DNA of 64,000 bases from Azolla caroliniana (Eukaryota > Plantae > Polypodiophyta), in NCBI GenBank assembly GCA_043228905.1, contig JBHGNT010000009.1, positions 496,001 through 560,000 on the forward strand, given 5' to 3'. The notes below the pieces were generated by a model. The model worked only from the letters and a program-made list of their open reading frames with translations. It was not told the origin of the DNA and did not search any database. A program made the translations under genes and the position numbers. This document shows, in pieces, positions 51,601 through 61,634 of the stretch (position 1 is the first letter of the stretch; every line of letters begins with the position of its first letter).

Positions 51601-51872
51601 ATACATACATACATATATACATATACATACATAAATACATGTGTACATCAAACTTACCTGGATAGGATACCATGTACAAGAACTAGAAGGTGTGTGTACG
51701 TGCAGGTAGAGTGGGAGGGATCTTCGTTTGCGTTCTGTGTCACGCTTCCATCCACTGGGTCGTTGTTAGGAAGAAGGGTGGGCGATGAACCCTGATCATC
51801 ATCTGTCGTTGCCATGGTCGATAATGATGTTGATGTCAGATTTGAGGTCGAATGCTTGTCACCCCCTGCCAT
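48610..51872 (-). CDS. DUF676 alpha/beta serine hydrolase (putative lipase, ROG1/YOR059C-like), 10 exons
   Basis: Exons 51872-51658, 51062-50995, 50871-50801, 50697-50461, 50243-50077, 49960-49905, 49487-49435, 49325-49130, 48960-48863, 48714-48610. Motifs HLLVLVHGI, ISFLGHSLGG, FITLATPHLG, YANVSYDHMVGWRTSSIR, AHNHIHVK. Confidence 0.93.
49528..49844. mobile_element. Degenerate MULE-like MITE in a DUF676 intron
   Basis: Inverted arms TTTTCTTCATTTCGCCAAATGCCCCT / AGGGGCACTTGGGTAAATAAAGAAAA resemble the ATTTACCAGAATGCCCCT TIR motif of 28911-30333. Begins GGGAAAA. No clear TSD. Confidence 0.45.
51198..51640. repeat. Minisatellite (~67-120 bp units) with (TACA)n spacers in DUF676 intron 1
   Basis: AACATGATAAATACATAGTAAA.G.TCATAAATTGATATTT repeated five times. 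Confidence 0.9.
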
Positions 51873-52755
51873 GACCGGTACTAGCCGTACTGATACAGTT
51901 GATCATCACTGATTAGAGCTTCTTCTCCTCCTCCTCTTCCTCCTTCTCTGTGACATGAGAAGATCTGGGCAAGGTCAAAATAAGGCTAACAATTACAATA
52001 ATAAGAATGGAATGAGGGGAGAGCAGCAGGCATGGCAAGAACCCCCCATGGCTACTCTGTACTATACCTCCCAATAATGATTGTAGTAACGGTATGAAAT
52101 TAAGCTTGACCCAAGAGGAACTAATATATTATAGAGTAGAAGGAGAAGAAGAAAGAAAGAAGAAGAAGAAGAAGAAGAAGCCATGGATGGAATGGGTTTG
52201 AAAGCCAAGCTTAAAATCAGGAGACCTCTCTCTCTCTCTGTCAAAATTAAAAGGAAGAAGCTTTCAAAGAGAGGAAGGAACCTTCCTTTTTTGCCTTTGA
52301 TGTGTTTTTGTGTATGTGTGTGTGTCCATGGAAAATGTGTCAAATCTAACTCCTTGGCCCGGGCCCGTACCAACAAACGAACACTTTTGTAGCACCTCTC
52401 AACAATCCTCATATTTTGCTTTCTTATTTGTATAAGCGAAAACCGATCGTGGGCACTCGAAGCCAATGGGGAGATGACCTTAGGAGTATTTAGGAGTTAG
52501 AGCCTACAAGGAAAATTTAGGAGTATTTTTTTTTAACCTTTGAACCGAACCACGTAAACTGAAATCGATAAACCGCTAAACCATGAAATTCAAAACCCAG
52601 CCGATTACTACCATTTGAAACCAAACCAAACTATTTATTTATCTTTGAACCTATAAACCGTTAAGCCACGTTTTATAGGTTTGGTTTGGTTTGAGCCAAA
52701 ACCGGGCCCATTGCTAATATGACCCCACAAATTGAAGGAAGGATATATGTATATA

Positions 52756-52786
<31 letters not shown>

Positions 52787-54041
52787 GCATTCAAACGATC
52801 ATCTATACTCTTGTCTTATACAACCAAAAGAGTTCCCATGTGCACTTACCCACTCTCAAAAACCTCTCTATACATGACCAAATGAGTCTAGTAAGAACTT
52901 ATTGTCAAGGACGCAAACCCCATCAAGCATAAGAATATTCAAAACTATTGATCCTTTGTATTAGGGAATCACAAGGTGCCACAAATATCTCCTTTCCTAG
53001 AATAATACATGACGTTTCACTTGCAATTTGTTCCTTTAATTAGAGAATCTCAAGATGCCTTCAATATTTCCTATTCTCTTGTATTCGTTCCTCTTGTCGT
53101 ATTTCTTTATGCTTTCCAAATTAGACACCCGATCCCCCTTATATAACTACGCAAGCATCGGCGGAGTGACAAATCAATACAAGCAATGATATGGGTACTT
53201 TTTTAGAGAGAGATGGATGATTTTTATGATTGTCCTCAAAGGTAGAATACGAAATATCGATTGAAGTGAAACATTTCCACGTAGTGTGCATGGAGATGAT
53301 CGATGACTATGTTCAAGAATTTCACTATTGATGAAAATCGCAATCAATATTGCACACTATGCCTCTAAAATTAATGTGTGTGCTAGAGAGAGATAGAGAT
53401 ATCCATGACAAGAGACAAGATTTTTTGTTTCTTTTACTACATTTAGAGCATATGTGAGTTATTAAAATGGAGGGGGTCTTCCATGTTTTAATTACTCAAT
53501 GACCAAGGCAATCCATGCACAAAAGATGTCACGCACCCAATTTTGGTTGAACACTCATATGACACCAATCTCACAGTCATGTGTCACAGAGAGGAAATGA
53601 ATTTTTTTGGTAGGATTTATGTATACAATAAGTCAATGTAGAAGGGGGCTATACACATTATTAAACGAACATTGCCCTTCATATGAAAAGGACTTCATCA
53701 ATTTTCCTAATCAACTAGTTAGTTTGCTAATTATTTAATTGATCTAATTCATCAACATAATTGATTGAATGAATAATTAGTTAATTTGCTTGATCGTCCA
53801 AATATTAATTCAAAAAATAAAGTCAACATTATCAGAATGTGTGAATAAAAAAAAGGAAACATGGACTAGAACAAAACAAGGAGAAGGAAGAGAAAAGGAC
53901 CAATGTTAGAGGGAAACCCACACCTTGCCAAATATTTGTTGGACCAAAAAAGAGAAAGGAATGCCATTGGATTTTTAGATGTCCGTTGTAGTTGGTCTCA
54001 AGAAAAACTTGGCTCATAACGAGTCAAGCACTAAACCTATC

Positions 54042-54300
54042 GCACACTATCAATCATTAAAACTTAAATTTAATAAAGTCTTATGTACAATTGTCAAAAA
54101 CACCATTCGCGAATCACAACTCAATCATTCAAGAGTCACAAGCTTATTGAAGATTGAAAGAGATGGGTTCCATTGGATTATCAAATGTACCCCATTGTAA
54201 TCAGTCTCACACTATCAATCATTAAAACTCAAATTTAATAAAGCCTTATGTACAATTGTCAAGAGCAACATTCACATCTCAATCATTCAAGAGTAACAAG
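54042..54300. repeat. Direct repeat (~95 bp) separated by ~67 bp
   Basis: CACACTATCAATCATTAAAACT.AAATTTAATAAAG.CTTATGTACAATTGTCAA...TCAATCATTCAAGAGT.ACAAG occurs twice. Confidence 0.85.
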
Positions 54301-55535
54301 GGCATTACTTGCTAACCAACAACCTCTCATGTGAAATGTTCTTGTAAGCATAACTAGTTATTCTTGGGATATATCTTTCACCCTTACTCCATGAAAATGT
54401 TCTCAAACCCTAACTAAATGTCCCATTCCCAAGCTATACAAATAATTGCATAGATGTAAGCGGATCTTGTTATCCCTTAAACATAGATGATATCTAGAGA
54501 ATTCTTTTGCACAATTAATTAGATGCATTGCAAGTGGTAGAGCATAAAGATCATGGAAGGTCTTCTTTTCAATATACACGATATCATGTGTATTAAGTTG
54601 GGGTTAACCGAGGAGATTATTCATAATGCTAAACTTGGACAAATTTAGGGCCTTACAGAAAAATGTCAGATTGTGAGTATACTTCTACATTAAGGATGGT
54701 TAAAGGTTCAAGAAGATGTTATTAAAACCCTATCATGTTATGTACTATTAATTGAAATATATTACCAAGAGTCCATAGCAAAATAGAATATCTCAATTTG
54801 GAGTTCTGTTAGCAACTTCAAAAGATCCCTGAAGGAAGCCTCTTTCCAATCGGTTGAGAGTACCACTTTGGAATATTTGGAATTCTTGAGTAACATTGGC
54901 TCCAAATTCGCTTAATCCTTATATGGCCTTTATTTGTGTTTGGTTCAAACTGATGTATATGTTTGATTCATAGTGGTTATGATTATCAAAGAGGGAGAAA
55001 AGATATGGTGTATTGGCATTTGCCGCACTAGATGATGCCGTTTTATGTACTTTGACGATGTGTTTGTATAAAAAACTCCAAATTCTTGCAACATCTTTTT
55101 CATGTATTTAGATGTCCTGTCCTTTGTAGTTATTCTGGCATCAGATATCTGATCAAAGGAAAATTATAGTTCACCATGATATAGAGCCTCATGAAGTAAA
55201 GATGCTCAGCTAATATAATGAATGATCTTTCCAAAGACCCACAATAATGTGGTGGAGGAAGACTATGAATAGAATAACTTACGGAAATTACACACACATT
55301 CAAAGTGTATTGCCTCTCTCTAAATTAATCATGATGACTCAGGCAAGAATCGTGCAATTGAGATCTGCAATTGTTGAGAGGGAGAAATGTGGGAGTTTTG
55401 ACCACAAATGGGGTCTTTCTGGAGTTTTCTATGGCATAATATCGCTTGTTTCTAGCCCTGACCCTTTATTTTCATATTGTACAATAAAAAGAACGTCTAT
55501 TACCTATGGGCTACTAATTATACTTCACTTACAAT

Positions 55536-57893
55536 TTATGCGTCTTCTAGCAGGTGAGGAACCTCAACGCCACTGCATAGACAATAGATGTTGGAGAGTA
55601 ACACGTATGGTGATAGAGACTTTGAATCCAATTTGAGGGCATGTCCTGCTGCATCTGCTCCCCGTGTTATATCCAAATGTTGCTTGCAAGCGCTCATCAG
55701 AGTAATCCATGATGAAGTGTTTGGATTACATGGCATGCTTTTAAGCAATCCCTCACCTTTATCCAACAAGCCTGCACGTACCAAAAGGTCAGCCATACTG
55801 TTGAAATTATCTAGACTTGGTATGATCCCATAATCGCCACACATTAATGAAAGGAACTGGCAACCTTCTTCGACAAGGCCACCATGCCTGCAAACAGATA
55901 ACACATTTTGAAAGGTCACATGATCAGGCACACAACCCCCCATCTGCATCTGGGAGAAGAGGTTAAGTGATTGCTTAGCAGCTCCCTGTTGGGCATATGC
56001 ACCAATTATAGCATTCCATGAGACAATATTGCGATTTGAAATCCCATTGAATGTTCTTTGTGCATCTTCCAAGCTACCACATTTCCCATACATTGCTACA
56101 AGCCCAGTGCTCACAACCACATCTAACTCCACTCCAATATCTACAATCTGGTTATGTATATGCTTGCCTTCATGTAATGCTGAATTGCATGTACAGACAT
56201 CAAGAACAGTAATTAAACACACCCTATCTGGCTTCAAGCCTTCACACTCCATTTGTGCAAAAAGTCGAAAAGCATCTTCACCATGCCTTAGATCTGCATG
56301 AGCTTTGATCAAAGCAGACCAGCTTACTACATCCTGCTTGGAGGTTTCAAATAAAATTTGACTGGCCTCTCCAAGATGGCCACATTTTCCATAAAAGCTT
56401 ATTAGAGCAGAAGTAAGAGGACATCCAACTTCATCTAGGTACCTACCAATGCAGCAGCTATGTACAGATTTTCCATGAAAAAAAGCTTCCTGGCTCGAGC
56501 ATGCCTCCAAAAAGCCAGTGATGGCTATATCATCAGGTATCACACATTCCATCATCATTTGCACATAATGCTTGCGTGCATCCTTGTTTTGGCCTTGCTG
56601 CACACATACTTTTATCATTTCTGTCCATGAAATAACATTTCGACCAACATCTATACAGTCAAATGCTTTCTTGGCTGATAGCAGAAGTCCACACTTTCCA
56701 TATAATTTCAGAAGGGCATTACTCACCGGAGCCTGCGTTGCAAGCCCACAAGATAGCAAAAAGGCATGCATTTGCTCACCTTCCTGTGCATTAGAACACG
56801 AATCGAGAATGATTATGGCCATGACCACATTTGGAACCTCACCTTCAAGCAAATTTTGGCGAAAAAGCTGCAATGCATCGTTTGCATGCCCATGCTGGAC
56901 ATAAGCAGACATCATCACAGACCTAGAAACGATATCTTGTTCTATCAATCCCTGAAAGAGCATCCGAGCAGCTTCCACACTGCCAAATTTGGCATAAATA
57001 TTGATCAAAGCAGTTCCAACAACAACATCAGATACTAAGCCTTGATGAAGGCAAAGGGTGTGCAAGTACTGGCCAAGAAGAAGAGATCCATGGTCGGCAC
57101 ACAGATCAAGGATCAAAACTAGCGTGATCCCATCAGCGAGAATAGCTTCTGCCTGCATTTGAGCCATCAAGCCACACACATCCATGCCCAACCCGCGCTC
57201 CACGTATGCTGACATCATGGCATTCCATGACACCACATTTCTTGTCTGCATCTCAGCAAACACCTCACATGCAAAATCCAAGCACTTGCATTTACCATAC
57301 ATGCTGAGAAGGGTAGTGGCCACAATGTGGTCGGACCCAAAAACTCCACAGGAAACGATGGAAGAATGCAAACGCTTGCCTTCTTGAAGAGCCCTGAGAT
57401 GGGAGCATGCGGACAGGGTGGCGACAAAGACAGCCTTGTCAGGCAAAACTCCCTCGGAAAGCATTTGCTGGAAGGCAGAGAGGGCATCCATGTCGAGGCC
57501 ATGCTCAGCATACATACCTATGAGGATGGCCCACGTGAAGACATTGCGAGGAACATGCCGCATGGCATGGAAAGAGGCGAGGGCATCTTCCATTGACCCA
57601 CACTTTCCATACATCCGGATAACAAGGTTGCAGAGAAGCTTGTCTGTATCTCGGCCTTCCAGGAGGATGAGGCCATGGAGGGCTTGGCCTTGCGAAAGGA
57701 GGAGGCCAGAGCAGCTTTGCAAGAGAGAGGCAAGAGCGGTAGCAGTGTGACCAAAATCAATGGGCACACCTTCTTCGCCCATTCTGCTATCGAAATTCCT
57801 GCGGCTGCTTGAAGATCCATAGCCATGAGCATGAACTATAGAGAACAGTAACCTTCGGCCTGTAGGCCTCAGGCTATTGCCCAGCAACAACAT
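55536..57893 (-). CDS. PLS-class pentatricopeptide repeat protein, E subgroup (no DYW), likely organellar RNA-editing factor
   Basis: Intronless 785 aa. Repeated MYGKCG..A..F / NVVSWNA motifs. Terminal P2-L2-S2 and E domains ending PYVLLSNIY. Arg/Ser-rich N-terminus resembling a transit peptide. Confidence 0.95.
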   Translation of the reverse strand: MLLLGNSLRPTGRRLLFSIVHAHGYGSSSSRRNFDSRMGEEGVPIDFGHTATALASLLQSCSGLLLSQGQALHGLILLEGRDTDKLLCNLVIRMYGKCGSMEDALASFHAMRHVPRNVFTWAILIGMYAEHGLDMDALSAFQQMLSEGVLPDKAVFVATLSACSHLRALQEGKRLHSSIVSCGVFGSDHIVATTLLSMYGKCKCLDFACEVFAEMQTRNVVSWNAMMSAYVERGLGMDVCGLMAQMQAEAILADGITLVLILDLCADHGSLLLGQYLHTLCLHQGLVSDVVVGTALINIYAKFGSVEAARMLFQGLIEQDIVSRSVMMSAYVQHGHANDALQLFRQNLLEGEVPNVVMAIIILDSCSNAQEGEQMHAFLLSCGLATQAPVSNALLKLYGKCGLLLSAKKAFDCIDVGRNVISWTEMIKVCVQQGQNKDARKHYVQMMMECVIPDDIAITGFLEACSSQEAFFHGKSVHSCCIGRYLDEVGCPLTSALISFYGKCGHLGEASQILFETSKQDVVSWSALIKAHADLRHGEDAFRLFAQMECEGLKPDRVCLITVLDVCTCNSALHEGKHIHNQIVDIGVELDVVVSTGLVAMYGKCGSLEDAQRTFNGISNRNIVSWNAIIGAYAQQGAAKQSLNLFSQMQMGGCVPDHVTFQNVLSVCRHGGLVEEGCQFLSLMCGDYGIIPSLDNFNSMADLLVRAGLLDKGEGLLKSMPCNPNTSSWITLMSACKQHLDITRGADAAGHALKLDSKSLSPYVLLSNIYCLCSGVEVPHLLEDA

Positions 57894-58486
57894 GCATTGC
57901 TGTCATTCAAGGAACTACATACACATTGCTGCCCTAATCGAATGTCCTGCATCTCACAGTCTCTGTTTTCCTGTGCCTCTTTTCTCTGTTTCTCCTGTGT
58001 TTCATGATAGACTCGTCCTAATGGGTCAGGAAAATCAATCCATCACACTATCAATACAACATGATCATACATATACTGTATACATATATTATGCATAATC
58101 TTTGTTGGTCGTGGAGTGAATCAAACTAGGGACCTTCCGAACTCGAGAGCCCCGCGATTAAGCATACTAGGATGGATCTCTCAATAACTTGCCTAGTATC
58201 AAGATGATGAAGACCAGAATGAGCAATCGTTGGTTGATGGGCTAAATATTTGCTTTAGAGCGAGCCAATATGAGTAGTAGTTGCACGCACCCTCTAATCC
58301 ATCATCTACTCAAAGAGAGCAGAATTAGCATGAACGGAGGAGGTTGTAAGGTGGTGCCAAGTTGTGAGGTTTTGCTTGAAGTTGTTAGCCCAGAGGACTC
58401 CAATGGCGTGTACATTATTGGGGTTCATCGGGGAAGTCTCACAATTAGGCGCCCGTACGAAGGAACAATACATACTAGGATGGGTG

Positions 58487-58643
58487 ACCTCTTTCTGAGT
58501 CTAAGAAGTCCCACACCCAACAACACACATAACATCATTGACTGTACATACTTCAAATTTATAACCTCTTTCCAAGTCTAAGAAGTCTCAAACCAAACAA
58601 TATATACATACATCCTTCATGTATGTACTTCAAATTTATAAAC
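58487..58643. repeat. Imperfect tandem duplication (~77 bp) between the PPR genes
   Basis: ACCTCTTTC..AGTCTAAGAAGTC...TACTTCAAATTTATAAC occurs twice. Confidence 0.75.
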
Positions 58644-61634
58644 AAATGGAACACACACACAGACCACCATGTGCATATACTCTGTTTTGGTGCGCATGTG
58701 ATCATCATCATCATCATCACAGTGATGAGAGATTGCTACCGCCTCTGCGATGATGGGCGGCTGCAGGAGGCCCTCCACCTGGCTATGTCCCAGGGCCAAG
58801 ATGTCGGTCGGGCATCGGAGGTCTTCATTCATATCTTGCGAGGTTGCACCAACACCAAGGATCTGAGATTGGGGAGACAGGTGCATCATGCTGCTATGTT
58901 CAATTTGACTTCGGATTCTCGTGACCAACACTCTCTCATCAATTCAGATCCGTATCTCAGCAGGTTGGGATGCGAGCTAATCCGAATGTTTGCTTCGTGC
59001 GGGGGCTTGAGGGAAGCTATCCATGTCTTCACCAATCTCCCTTCCAAGAATGCCTACTCCTGGACCGCCATAATCTCCGTGCTCACTCATCATGGACTCT
59101 GCCAAAAAGCACTGGAGTTATACAAAGAAATGCAGGTATCGGGAACAGGGATAACACCGCATATAGCCGTGGCTGTGATCAAAGCTTGTGCAAGCATCTC
59201 AGCTTTGAATCAGGGACAACTGATACATTCCGATGTCGTGAAACAAGAGTTTTGGTCTGATATCTTTGTCGGGAGTGCTCTAATCGACATGTATTGTAAA
59301 TGTGGGACCGTGGAAGATGCACTTCGTGTTTTTGATAGTTTGCCTCAAAAAGATGTGGTGATGTGGTCAGCCATGGCAGCTGGTTATGCTCAACATGGTT
59401 ATGGTGCAGAAGCCCTCCAATTATATGAAAGGATGCAGGAGGAGGGAATGGAGCCAAATGAAGTTACATTTGTATCCATCCTCAAGTCATGTGCTTCTAT
59501 GAAAACCCTCGATCAAGGCATGCTAATACATTCGGAAGTGATTAGACGAAATATTGATGCCAACTTGATTATCGGGAATGTTTTGGTCGATATGTATTCC
59601 AAATGTGGAACTTTGGAAGATGCATTAAAAATGTTCGAGCGATTGCCAACCAAGGATGTGATTTCGTGGAATGCAATTATTGCAGCATTTTTTCAACGTC
59701 AAGAGTTCAACAAAGCCATGCATTTCTTTAATGAGATGCAACGGGAGGGTATTGAACCAAATAAACCAACCATTCTATGTCTGCTGAAATCCTTCAGTGC
59801 TGCTGGAGATCTTGATCAAGTACGGTTGATACATGCTTACATTCTGTTTGAACATGGTGCACCAGATAAATTTATAGACAATACTCTGATAGACGGGTAT
59901 TCTAAGTGTGGGAGTGTAATGGATGCATTGAAAGTTTTTTACGGATTGCAAAAACCTGACACTGTATCTTGGAATGCAATGATCGCAGGTTATGCTGAGT
60001 GCGAACTTGGGGATGAAGCATTGGATTTATTTCAAAGGATGAAAGCTGAATGCGTTAATCCAGACAAAGTTACATTCTTATCTGTTCTGAAAGCTTGCAT
60101 TTCCGTGTTAGCATTACCCGAGGGAAAGTTAATCCACACTGAAATTATGAGACAAAACCATGAATTGGATCTATTTATCGGAAGCACATTAGTTGTGATG
60201 TATGCTAAATATGGATCTGTGGAAGATGCTCGTAATGTATTTGATCGACTGTTGCTGAAAAATGCAGTTTCGTGGAATGCATTGATTACATGCTATTCAG
60301 ATTGTGGGCATTTTACAGAAACTGTTCAACTTTTTCAGAAGATGCGGCATGAGGGCATTGAACCTAATATGGTCACATCATTGGCCATGCTAAGAACTTG
60401 TGCTCTCCAAGCAGCACATGATCTGGGCAATTTGATTCACTTCGATGTCGTAGAGCAAGCACATGAACAAGACACTGGAGTCAGGAATGCTTTGCTTGAT
60501 ATGTATATTAAATGTGGAAGCTTTCAAGATGCTGAAAGAGTACTTGATACAATGTTGCTTCAAGATGTGGTTTCATGGTCTGCCTTAGTTTCAGGCTATG
60601 TGGAACAGGGGAACAGTGAAAAAGCCCTCCAGCTTTTTGCAACAATGCAATGTCATGGCATAGAACCAAACAAAGTTTCATACTTGTGTGCATTCAAGGC
60701 ATGTTCTACCATATGTTCTTTAGAACAAGGGCGCCTTTTGCATGCAGGCATGTTAAGGCAAGGGCTAGAGCCTGAATCCTCTGTTGGAAGTAGTCTCATT
60801 GACATGTATGCAAAATGCAGCAGCCTGGACGACGCACAAAGCACCTTCGACAAGTTGCCTCAGCACTGTGTAGTGTGCTGGTCGGCTTTGATCGGAGGTT
60901 ATGCCGATAATGGTTATGGGGAAGAGGCGTTGGAGCTCTATCATGAGATGATGGTCCATGATATACCACCTAATGATGTAACATGTTTATCAGTGATGAA
61001 AGCATGCTCTAACGTTGCTTCATTGCATCATGCAAAATGTGTACATGATGACATCATGGAACGAGGACTAGACTTGAGCTCAGCTGTGGAGAGCACCCTG
61101 GTTGACATGTATGTCAAATGTGGGAGTTTAGAGGATGCCCTGGTCATATTTGATGCAACAGCCACAAAGGATGTCGTATCATGGAATTCTATAATAGGAG
61201 GATTCGCTGATCATGGTAGCTTTGACTTAGCCCACCATTACTTTTTGAGCATGCAGTTAGAAGGCATTAAGCCAGATAGGGTGACCTTTGTATGCGTGCT
61301 ATATGCCTGTAGTCATGCAGGTCTTGTAAGGGAAGGCTATATTTACTTCAAGTGTATGATGGATGATTGTGGATTCTCACCCAGAATAAGACATTTTGTA
61401 TGCATGATTGATTTACTTGGTCGTGCAGGACTCTTGGATAAGGCTGAGGAACTGGTATCAAGTTTGCCTTGTGAAGCCAACAATGCAGTGTTTTTAAGCT
61501 TGCTTAGCTCTTGTGCAAAATATAAAGAAGCAGAGATTGCAAGCAGGGCATTCGATAGTCTCCACAAGTTTGAGTACAGAAGCTCTTCAACCTATGTGTT
61601 AATGTCGAACATATATTCTTCAAATCCATTGTAG
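58623..61634 (+). CDS. PLS-class pentatricopeptide repeat protein, E subgroup (no DYW). True start may be downstream, e.g. ATG at 58725
   Basis: Intronless ~1000-aa ORF with about eight PLS triplets (LIDMYCKCG, DVVSWNA, PDKVTF), ending TYVLMSNIY. Confidence 0.95.
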   Translation: MYFKFINKWNTHTDHHVHILCFGAHVIIIIIITVMRDCYRLCDDGRLQEALHLAMSQGQDVGRASEVFIHILRGCTNTKDLRLGRQVHHAAMFNLTSDSRDQHSLINSDPYLSRLGCELIRMFASCGGLREAIHVFTNLPSKNAYSWTAIISVLTHHGLCQKALELYKEMQVSGTGITPHIAVAVIKACASISALNQGQLIHSDVVKQEFWSDIFVGSALIDMYCKCGTVEDALRVFDSLPQKDVVMWSAMAAGYAQHGYGAEALQLYERMQEEGMEPNEVTFVSILKSCASMKTLDQGMLIHSEVIRRNIDANLIIGNVLVDMYSKCGTLEDALKMFERLPTKDVISWNAIIAAFFQRQEFNKAMHFFNEMQREGIEPNKPTILCLLKSFSAAGDLDQVRLIHAYILFEHGAPDKFIDNTLIDGYSKCGSVMDALKVFYGLQKPDTVSWNAMIAGYAECELGDEALDLFQRMKAECVNPDKVTFLSVLKACISVLALPEGKLIHTEIMRQNHELDLFIGSTLVVMYAKYGSVEDARNVFDRLLLKNAVSWNALITCYSDCGHFTETVQLFQKMRHEGIEPNMVTSLAMLRTCALQAAHDLGNLIHFDVVEQAHEQDTGVRNALLDMYIKCGSFQDAERVLDTMLLQDVVSWSALVSGYVEQGNSEKALQLFATMQCHGIEPNKVSYLCAFKACSTICSLEQGRLLHAGMLRQGLEPESSVGSSLIDMYAKCSSLDDAQSTFDKLPQHCVVCWSALIGGYADNGYGEEALELYHEMMVHDIPPNDVTCLSVMKACSNVASLHHAKCVHDDIMERGLDLSSAVESTLVDMYVKCGSLEDALVIFDATATKDVVSWNSIIGGFADHGSFDLAHHYFLSMQLEGIKPDRVTFVCVLYACSHAGLVREGYIYFKCMMDDCGFSPRIRHFVCMIDLLGRAGLLDKAEELVSSLPCEANNAVFLSLLSSCAKYKEAEIASRAFDSLHKFEYRSSSTYVLMSNIYSSNPL

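Noticed and set aside
51198-51640. Repeat-spacer pattern resembling a CRISPR array
   Set aside because: Eukaryotic intron. The spacers are related TACA microsatellites and there are no cas genes, so it is a minisatellite.
52540-52716. AAACCG-rich stretch resembling hAT subterminal repeats
   Set aside because: No matching TIR pair or TSD found.
58105-58200. tRNA/SINE-like B-box on the minus strand between the PPR genes (similar signal near 707-760)
   Set aside because: No cloverleaf, clear A-box or TSD could be established.
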